Shown here one piece after another: positions 7,805 to 13,806 of a stretch of DNA of 13,806 nucleotides. The stretch's first letter is position 1; the number at the start of each line of letters is the position of its first letter. This stretch comes from an uncultured archaeon. GTDB taxonomy: Archaea > Altiarchaeota > Altiarchaeia > IMC4 > SCGC-AAA252-I15. The translations under genes were made by a program, and so were the position numbers. Where the stretch lies: positions 1-13,806 of the forward strand of contig CAZPLO010000031.1 in assembly GCA_964587725.1 (NCBI GenBank). The letters run 5' to 3'. The notes beneath the pieces are model-generated. The model was not told the DNA's origin and searched no databases. It saw nothing but the letters and a program-made list of their open reading frames with translations.

Positions 7805-8340
7805 AGTTTTTCTTCCACCAGCTTCACCTTCAGCGGCCTAAGCTCGTCCAGCAGTTCCATCGGCGGCGGCTGGGGAACCACCAGTTCCCTGGCCCCTATT
7901 TTTTTGGCAGCCACTATGGAGAGGGCGAAGTCCTCTTCTATGTTGTATTCTTCCGCCAGCCTGGAGGCTTTCTCGCGTTCGCCGTCGTTCAATGTCACGC
8001 TCCTGAGTTTCCCTGTGTCGGCGAGTTCCGGGTACCGGAGGCTGCTGCTGTGGAGGGTGTGGACCCTCCTGTATCTGCCTAACGCGTCCTCTTGCACGAG
8101 AAGTCGCAGTGCCGTGGGGGTCATGAACACCTTCACGTGCCGCCTCCACAGGAGGTATGCTCCCGCCAGCAGGAAGAGTAGGGTGAGGGAGGTGCCTGCG
8201 GCTACCGCCACGGCGATGGGGGCGTCGTATACTAGGAACGTTTTTTCCACTGGCTCGTACCTGTCTTTGAACGCGGTCAGCCTCCACAGACCCGGCTCCG
8301 ACGCGGTTACGGTTAGGTATCCGGTGTCGTTGGAGGTGGC
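7801..8340 (-). pseudogene. 3' remnant of a host surface/membrane protein gene (beta-sandwich-like end, TM, cytoplasmic domain)
   Basis: TSNDTGYLTVTASEPGLWRLTAFKDRYEP resembles the end of a carboxypeptidase-regulatory/Ig-like module and is followed by the TM AVAVAAGTSLTLLFLLAGAYLLW. It has no start or signal peptide of its own and a host-like high GC. Confidence 0.6.
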
Positions 8341-8673
8341 CAGGCTGAAGCCGGTGGAGTCGATAGCAACGTTCAAAGTTCCAGAACAGATGTGTTTGGC
8401 GATAGTGGCTATGAGCTGATGCAATATCCGGCACGGGAACCGTCCCGCAAACTTCTGGAAAGTCGTAAAGTGGGGTGCTTTCTTTAATCCCATGCAGTTT
8501 CTTAATGTGTCAGAGACTTGTAACATTTCAGCTAGCTCACGGTACTTCAGGCGGTAGATGGTCTTGACCACCAGACATTGCAGAAGCTGATGTTGCGTGT
8601 AGGCCTGTTTGCTGTATTTGCCGCTGTAAAACGGCACGTTTTCCACTTCCAGCCAAACACAACGGACAGACAT
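7801..8673 (-). CDS. Chimeric ORF: N-terminal IS5-family transposase fragment fused in frame to the C-terminus of a membrane-anchored surface protein
   Basis: The N-terminal part has YSGKYSK..YTQHQLL, YREL, PHFTTFQKF and AIDSTGF. After about 8340 the sequence switches to a beta-strand-like segment, a TM helix, WRRH and a cytoplasmic domain. Confidence 0.7.
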   Translation of the reverse strand: MSVRCVWLEVENVPFYSGKYSKQAYTQHQLLQCLVVKTIYRLKYRELAEMLQVSDTLRNCMGLKKAPHFTTFQKFAGRFPCRILHQLIATIAKHICSGTLNVAIDSTGFSLATSNDTGYLTVTASEPGLWRLTAFKDRYEPVEKTFLVYDAPIAVAVAAGTSLTLLFLLAGAYLLWRRHVKVFMTPTALRLLVQEDALGRYRRVHTLHSSSLRYPELADTGKLRSVTLNDGEREKASRLAEEYNIEEDFALSIVAAKKIGARELVVPQPPPMELLDELRPLKVKLVEEKL

Positions 8674-8762
8674 AAGCTGTCCGTGTGCGCAAACACTCTG
8701 CGTGTTTGCCGCACCCCCTCCGAAACCGCCTTAATTAGGCGGTTCCCACAAATATCAAACAC
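8341..8762 (-). pseudogene. IS5-family transposase, frameshifted by a 53-bp insert and truncated
   Basis: GTG 8762 follows SD GAGGTG and gives MFDICGNRLIKAVSEGVR. The protein continues in another frame as LEVENVPFYSGKYSKQAYTQHQLL, and deleting 8655-8707 joins the two frames. Confidence 0.75.
8655..8707. repeat. 53-bp palindromic insert with AAACAC/GTGTTT termini flanked by GCC direct repeats
   Basis: GCC at 8652-8654 and 8708-8710. Internal hairpins are ACGGACAG/CTGTCCGT (8662-8684) and GCAAACAC/GTGTTTGC (8689-8709). Confidence 0.75.
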
Positions 8763-8816
8763 GGTGGGCACCTCAAAAAAAGGTTTAAGTATTCAATAAA
8801 CAATTAGGTGCCCACC
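8763..8816. promoter_or_regulatory. 11-bp perfect inverted repeat enclosing AT-rich promoter-like sequence and covering the transposase SD
   Basis: GGTGGGCACCT (8763-8773) pairs with AGGTGCCCACC (8806-8816). The loop contains AAAAAAAGGTTTAAGTA, which is BRE+TATA-like on the plus strand. Confidence 0.7.
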
Positions 8817-8877
8817 ATACAAAATCACAGGTTTTCTACAGATCCTCAAAGGGATATAAGTTGCCTTCAGACGGGTT

Positions 8878-11250
8878 TTATTCCGGCTTATGGTGTGTGG
8901 TGGGGCAGAAAACATGCAGGGTTTCCACGCCCGTCGGCTCCGGGTTCCTCGACCCCTGCTCCAGTGCCAGGACGCACTCCGGCTTCGCGAACCCTACCAC
9001 GTAGTTGTGGAGGGGGTGGCGTCTGCTGAACGAGTACCCCTCGGTTCGGGTTTCCCCCGGCTCCAACTCAACCCCCCATCTGCCCTCAACCATCATTTCA
9101 CCGGCATATGCGCTGACGGTGGAGTCCACGAGTATAACCTCAGCAACTTGTGTTGAGCCGCAGTCGTTCATGAACGTTACTGCACCCACGTACCCCCACG
9201 GCATGCCGCCGTCCAGTGAAACACTGCAGTCGTAGACTTCCTCCAGTTCACCCACGTCGAGGTGGTGGACCGACCTGCCGGGCGGGAACGTGACGTTGAA
9301 TACCATATGCTTGGTTTCCAGCGGCGGCGTCACCTCAACCGACGGCTGCTCAACCTGCTGAAAAGTCGGATACAGGAGCGCCGCGGAAACCACCAGCGCC
9401 AGCAACGCCAACGCAGTCGGTCTCCACCCCCCACCCTTGAACATGCCATAGGCTCCTAAAGCGGCTGCAATCAACGCCGCCGCGGCGACAATCTTCAAAA
9501 CCGTCTCATAGATGCATGCCGGTTTCAGATACGCCAGAGGCGATACACTGCCTTCAACCACTTTCTCGTCGACTCGCTCGTACACAGTAACCCTCACCTC
9601 CGCGGTTTCGCTGCCTGCTTCGTGGTTGACGGCCGCGAAAGACAGCAACCCTCCCTCCCCCCCATCGACTCTGTACATCATGTATTTCCTACCAAGCACC
9701 CGGTCTTCTTCGCTGTCCACGAGGGTGAAATACTCGGGCTGGCCGCCTGCCAACCGGTACGCGGCCGTGTGTTCAACCGCCGACAACGGCGGGGTCTCGG
9801 CGACCTCCAACACCAGCCCCCCGTCTATCCTGTACTGTGGGAGGCCGCCGTCTGAAACCACGGCAAAATCTCTGTCAGACACCAGAATATACGCTACTCC
9901 CTGGTCGGAGAGGATGTCTGCTGCCTGCCTCTCCGTCAGCCAAAGGCTTCGGTGCGCCATATACTCTATCTCCCCCGCGGTGGATACCGCGTCTGAATCC
10001 GACAACGCCTCAACCATGTAGCCTCGGTCCCAGGCGGCGAATACCCTCCCCTCAGGGACTCTCCCATAGAGTCTGTACTCCGCCTCCGACACTATGCTGC
10101 CGGTGTCGACTGTGAAGTTGGCTGCAGCCAACAGCACTCCAGCGGCGAGGACAACCGCTAAAGCCCCCCTGTATTCCGACTCCACCGTCAAATATACGAG
10201 TGCTAGCCCTGCGACACCAGCGATAATCCTATATACTGGAGGCGTCGGAAGGAGGAAGGTTGAGACGCCCAGCAGTGCCCCCGAATAGAACATAAACCTC
10301 CTATTCCACCTGGGATGCCATGACGTAAGCGCATAGGCGGCGAGCATCGCCACCCCAATATCCGATATCCTGGTTCCGCGGTCCATTATCACCGCGAAAA
10401 TAACCCCCACAACAGCGTATGTTAAGCTGATGTTCTCCCTCCTACGGTAGGCTGCCAACACGCCCCAGGGGAGGAGAAGGAGGAGTACGTTGTATCTAAG
10501 CCACAGGTCGCCTGCGGACACGGGGGTGACGTCGGCGCTGCCGAACCTGCCCTGAGGCAGCCTGCCGAGCTGATACTCCATGAAAGACGGCAGAATGCAT
10601 AACCCGAACAACAGCATCGACGCCAGCGTCAACGCAGCCAATACGCGGTAGTGTCTGTAGTTCCTGAACATTTCACCGGTCAGGTACACCGCCGCCACAC
10701 CCACTCCCACGTAAGCGCCTATGTGGACGCGGGCGCCCAAGAGGAAAGCAGCAGCCGCGCACAGAACCCATAAAAACCTGTTTTTCAGCCTCTCGTCCTT
10801 CACCGCAGACACTATCCCATACACGCCCAGCAACGTGAGGGGGGTTACTAGGTGGTCGTGTGTGAACCCCACAACAGACAGCGACAGCGTCTCCACCATG
10901 AACCCGTACAGGAGCCCCGCGTACAACGCCGCCCTACCGCCCCAAACCTTAGAGACTATGAGGTAGATGATGGATGCGGCCGCAGCAGTCAACGCCGCAG
11001 CCAAGAAGGCTATGGCGTACATGAGCGCGTCTCCGGACAGCAGAGAACCCAGGGTCCGCATAATCCACACCGTCGGGTCGGACATCCCCGGCCCAGTCAC
11101 ATGCTCGCCGGTCGCCACACCGTAGTACAGCCACAGTTCGACGTGGTAGGCTGAATGCCAGCCGTAGAGGAGGTAGAATACCGTGTTAAGGAGAAGCCTC
11201 ACGCCGAAGGCGGCGCCGAACACCGTTGCAATATCCCCGGCCTTGGACAT
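8878..11250 (-). CDS. Divergent STT3/AglB-like (GT-C fold) oligosaccharyl/glycosyltransferase
   Basis: Many N-terminal TM helices, VGFTHDHL (compare the STT3 G-x-x-DHH motif), VFAAWDRGY in the position of WWDYG, and GVAYILV. These are followed by two extra TMs and beta-rich extracellular regions. Confidence 0.7.
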   Translation of the reverse strand: MSKAGDIATVFGAAFGVRLLLNTVFYLLYGWHSAYHVELWLYYGVATGEHVTGPGMSDPTVWIMRTLGSLLSGDALMYAIAFLAAALTAAAASIIYLIVSKVWGGRAALYAGLLYGFMVETLSLSVVGFTHDHLVTPLTLLGVYGIVSAVKDERLKNRFLWVLCAAAAFLLGARVHIGAYVGVGVAAVYLTGEMFRNYRHYRVLAALTLASMLLFGLCILPSFMEYQLGRLPQGRFGSADVTPVSAGDLWLRYNVLLLLLPWGVLAAYRRRENISLTYAVVGVIFAVIMDRGTRISDIGVAMLAAYALTSWHPRWNRRFMFYSGALLGVSTFLLPTPPVYRIIAGVAGLALVYLTVESEYRGALAVVLAAGVLLAAANFTVDTGSIVSEAEYRLYGRVPEGRVFAAWDRGYMVEALSDSDAVSTAGEIEYMAHRSLWLTERQAADILSDQGVAYILVSDRDFAVVSDGGLPQYRIDGGLVLEVAETPPLSAVEHTAAYRLAGGQPEYFTLVDSEEDRVLGRKYMMYRVDGGEGGLLSFAAVNHEAGSETAEVRVTVYERVDEKVVEGSVSPLAYLKPACIYETVLKIVAAAALIAAALGAYGMFKGGGWRPTALALLALVVSAALLYPTFQQVEQPSVEVTPPLETKHMVFNVTFPPGRSVHHLDVGELEEVYDCSVSLDGGMPWGYVGAVTFMNDCGSTQVAEVILVDSTVSAYAGEMMVEGRWGVELEPGETRTEGYSFSRRHPLHNYVVGFAKPECVLALEQGSRNPEPTGVETLHVFCPTTHHKPE

Positions 11251-11420
11251 GACAGCCTAATATTGGCTTCAGATCATAAAAAACACAGAATACATATACT
11301 CTATAGTTACTTTCTTTTTGTTCGCGGGTTTTTAAAGGATTATTACAATATATAAGCGGGAGGATGGTTGACTGAATGTGGGATCAACTAATTCTCCATA
11401 CCTACATGGGGGTGGTATAT

Positions 11421-11678
11421 ATGAATTTCCCGAAAGCGAAGGGCTCCACCAAAGGCGCTACCGGGCTTAAGCCGGTGCTGATAAACGACAGGAACAAGTC
11501 GTTCATCGTAGACCCGAAGGTCTTTATCATCTGGAGCCTTTGTAATGGAAGGAACACTCTGGACGAAATCCGGTCCAAGTTCGGCGACAAACTGGGCGTC
11601 TCCGACATGAAAAAAGTAGACTGCAACGTCGAAGGCGTCATAGACACGCTGACGAAGATAGGTTTGATGGAGACATAA
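11421..11678 (+). CDS. PqqD-family (RiPP recognition element-like) winged-helix protein
   Basis: Motif IW-LC-G--TLDEI---F....V--V+--L---GL+E. ATG 11421 follows SD GGGGGTGG; the ORF track starts it at 11376. Confidence 0.75.
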   Translation: MNFPKAKGSTKGATGLKPVLINDRNKSFIVDPKVFIIWSLCNGRNTLDEIRSKFGDKLGVSDMKKVDCNVEGVIDTLTKIGLMET

Positions 11679-11679
11679 C

Positions 11680-12180
11680 CTATCTTCCCGGTTTATTATT
11701 CCTACACAACACGGATGATTCCTCCAGACCTGGGCATACGCATTCGACTCCGCAGTTTATGTACTTCAGCTCCCGGCAGCAGCACACCATACCCTGCTCC
11801 CCAGACGGGTAAACCTGCCTGTAACTGCATTTCACGGCGCACTGAACCTCCTCCCCCAGGTAGTAGGTGCACGACCCATCTTCGACCACGTCGGCGTCCG
11901 AGTAACCCAGTGAACCGCAGTGGAGGCTGCAGTTTTCAACCACCATATCATCCGTTATGGGCATGCACTCGCAGTGCTCACAGTATCCGGAGTCGCAAGG
12001 GTGTTCAGCCTCGCACTCCTCCCCCACTTCCAGGACGCCGTCTCCGCATTTAGCCTCCGACGCAGCGGGAACGATGGATGGGACGGTGGTGGTGAACAGG
12101 CACCCGACGTCATTGCATTCCTCAGTTTCACTTACGCACCCTGCAGTCAACACCACCAAAAGCATAATCCACTCCTTCAT
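11680..12180 (-). CDS. Cysteine-rich lipoprotein
   Basis: MKEWIMLLVVLTAGC lipobox, 21 Cys and CGDGVLEVGEECE (myxococcal Cys-rich repeat/DUF4215-like). The ATG overlaps the PIN stop (ATGA). Confidence 0.8.
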   Translation of the reverse strand: MKEWIMLLVVLTAGCVSETEECNDVGCLFTTTVPSIVPAASEAKCGDGVLEVGEECEAEHPCDSGYCEHCECMPITDDMVVENCSLHCGSLGYSDADVVEDGSCTYYLGEEVQCAVKCSYRQVYPSGEQGMVCCCRELKYINCGVECVCPGLEESSVLCRNNKPGR

Positions 12181-12578
12181 CCAGGCATCATCCCCATGAA
12201 CTGTCCCGGCCGCAGTATCCTTATTCCGTCGTACTCCTTCAAATCCAGGAGGTGGTGGTCGTTGGATATCACGTAGTCGGCGTCGCCTGCCACAGCCGCC
12301 TCCAGGAACCGGTTGTCGCTCTCGTCCTCCGACGCGTGAATCTTTTTCTTCGGCGACTTCACCCTGTCGCCTTTCCTGTAGAACTCCTTTATCTTGTCCA
12401 TGAACTCCTCCGGAGGCTTCACCTTCTTCAGGATATACAAATTCTCCTCCTTGATTTCCTTCGTGTACACGGGCTTGAACGTGCCTTCTATGCACAAATC
12501 CAGTATCTTCAGTGAGCTGCTGCGCTTGTTCCACCTGCCCGCTATCAGCAGGTTGGTGTCCAACACAATCCTGACCAT
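12177..12578 (-). CDS. PIN-domain nuclease (putative TA toxin component, TIGR00305/PIN_3-like)
   Basis: Motifs RIVLDTNLLI, EIKEE and DESDNRFLEAAVAGDADYVISNDHHLLDL. The acidic catalytic residues appear intact. Confidence 0.9.
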   Translation of the reverse strand: MVRIVLDTNLLIAGRWNKRSSSLKILDLCIEGTFKPVYTKEIKEENLYILKKVKPPEEFMDKIKEFYRKGDRVKSPKKKIHASEDESDNRFLEAAVAGDADYVISNDHHLLDLKEYDGIRILRPGQFMGMMPG

Positions 12579-12655
12579 TTTTTAAACTGTTTATATTTCG
12601 CCTTAAACTATTTAAACACCGGCTTGTATTTGTTTACCAGCTTGGGGCGGTTAAC
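12579..12655. promoter_or_regulatory. Divergent promoter region PIN / UbiD with tandem repeat
   Basis: TTAAACTGTTTA (12582-12593) and TTAAACTATTTA (12603-12614), plus TATA-like TTTATA and TTTAAA. Confidence 0.5.
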
Positions 12656-13806
12656 ATGGGTTTAAGGGATTTCTTGGACGAGCTGGAGAAGGACGGGGAA
12701 CTGACACATATCGAAGAAGAGGTCGACCCGCGGCTGGAGGCCGCGGGCGTCATCAAAAAACATCCGACGGACACGGTGTTGTTCGAGAACGTCGAAGGCT
12801 CGGACTACAAGGTGGTCGTGGGGGTGTGCGCGCGCCGCGAGAACTTCGCCCGCGCCATGGGAATCAAAAAGGAGGAGTTGTTGCTGAAGATTGCGGAGGT
12901 CATAGACAAGCCCACCGAACCGGAGGTGGCGAAGAAGGGTGCATGTCAGGAGGTGGTGGAAAAAGACCCTGATTTGTCCACGATACCGATTCTCACGCAC
13001 GCGTCGAAGGACCTCGGCCCCTACATGACCGCAGGCGTGTGGACAGCGAACGACCCCGAATGGGGTTTGAACGCAGACTACCACCGCGCCTCGCCGATTG
13101 CTAAAGACAAGCTGGTGGCGAGGATATGCCACCGCGACCTGTACCGTTACCTGCAGAAAAACGACCCCCTCGAAGTTGCCATCACGTTGGGGTTGCATCC
13201 CACCGTCAGCCTCGCAGCATCCATTTCAACCGAGCCGGGCACAAACGAGCTCGCCATAGCCAACACGATGCGGCCTCTGCAGCTGGTGAAGTGCAAGACC
13301 GTGGACGTGATGGTGCCCGCGGACGCTGAGATAGTCATAGAGGGGGCCATAACGGAGAAGGAGAAGCATGAGGAGGGCCCGTTCCCCGACATCAGCGGAA
13401 CATTCGACAAGGTCCGCCAGGAGCCTGTGTTCACAGCCAAATGCATAACCCACCGGAAAAACCCCATATATCAGGGTCTTTTGCCGGCGTACAACGAGCA
13501 TCGCCTGCTGATGGGGATGCCCAAGGAGCCGACGATATACCGGGCGGTCAACGAGGTGGCGACGTGCAAGAACGTGTTGCTGTCGCAGGGCGGGTGCAGC
13601 TGGCTGCACGCGATAGTTCAGATTGAGAAGAAGAACGAGGACGACGGCAGGAAGGCGGGCGAGGCCGCGTTCAACGGACACAAGAGCATGAAACACTGCA
13701 TAGTCGTGGACGACGACGTCGACATATACGACCTCAACGAGGTGGAATGGGCTATTGCGACGCGCTGTCAGATGACAAGGACGCGAACGTGTTCAACGCG
13801 AAGGGT
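12656..13806 (+). CDS. UbiD-family prFMN-dependent decarboxylase, probably anhydromevalonate phosphate decarboxylase (partial, runs off the window)
   Basis: Not in the ORF track because it has no stop. Manual translation gives MGLRDFLDELEKDGEL..VLFENV..PILTH..DLGPYMTAGV..YHR..VPADAEIVIEG..EEGPFPDISG..EH..GGCSWLHAIVQI..VVDDDVDIYD..VEWAIATR. Confidence 0.92.
   Translation, partial: MGLRDFLDELEKDGELTHIEEEVDPRLEAAGVIKKHPTDTVLFENVEGSDYKVVVGVCARRENFARAMGIKKEELLLKIAEVIDKPTEPEVAKKGACQEVVEKDPDLSTIPILTHASKDLGPYMTAGVWTANDPEWGLNADYHRASPIAKDKLVARICHRDLYRYLQKNDPLEVAITLGLHPTVSLAASISTEPGTNELAIANTMRPLQLVKCKTVDVMVPADAEIVIEGAITEKEKHEEGPFPDISGTFDKVRQEPVFTAKCITHRKNPIYQGLLPAYNEHRLLMGMPKEPTIYRAVNEVATCKNVLLSQGGCSWLHAIVQIEKKNEDDGRKAGEAAFNGHKSMKHCIVVDDDVDIYDLNEVEWAIATRCQMTRTRTCSTRR

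Larger units (their letters stand above)
8341..8845 (-). mobile_element. Truncated IS5-family insertion sequence (left end plus 5' part of transposase)
   Basis: Transposase motifs run up to the first DDE Asp (IDSTG). The putative terminal inverted repeat GGATCTGTAGAAAAC is at 8845-8831 and is flanked by TCA (TNA-type target). GC is lower than the flank (hand counts: about 48% over 8401-8580 versus 65% over 8281-8340). No right end was found. Confidence 0.8.

Noticed and set aside
8640-8725. 53-bp insert as an archaeal bulge-helix-bulge intron
   Set aside because: Manual pairing of the flanks did not give a 4-bp central helix between two 3-nt bulges in the registers tried.
8547-8771. 74-aa ORF as an independent gene
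   Set aside because: It is the transposase N-terminus running out of frame through the 53-bp insert.
8655-8816. Hairpin cluster as a CRISPR array or integron attC site
   Set aside because: The stems differ in sequence, there is no repeat-spacer periodicity or attC core-site arrangement, and no cas or integrase genes are present.
11364-11378. In-frame TGA as selenocysteine or readthrough in the PqqD-like gene
   Set aside because: It lies upstream of the conserved domain and the SD-supported start at 11421, is not in a Cys-motif context, and no archaeal SECIS was recognised.
12181-12534. N-terminal extension of ORF 11680..12534
   Set aside because: It overlaps the PIN gene in another frame. 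The real start is ATG 12180, which gives a clean lipoprotein signal.

Overview
This is a densely packed archaeal chromosomal window. The lineage is not established, but the DPANN/Altiarchaeota-like Cys-rich surface proteins are suggestive. Core functions are tRNA-Lys(UUU), uppP, pcm, a DUF192 protein, prs, a single-domain KaiC/RAD55 ATPase, proB followed by isopentenyl phosphate kinase, a HAD phosphatase and a UbiD-family decarboxylase running off the right edge. The UbiD protein is probably anhydromevalonate-phosphate decarboxylase of the archaeal mevalonate pathway. Accessory and cell-surface genes include a divergent STT3/AglB-like membrane glycosyltransferase (AWDRG instead of WWDYG), two disulfide-rich anchored proteins, a stand-alone PqqD-like protein and an orphan PIN nuclease. 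The most structured region is 7801-8845, the left part of an IS5-family element. Its transposase is interrupted by a 53-bp double-hairpin insert flanked by GCC direct repeats, and removing the insert restores the frame. Its ribosome-binding site lies in an 11-bp inverted repeat. It is truncated just after the first catalytic Asp and fused in frame to the 3' end of a host membrane protein.
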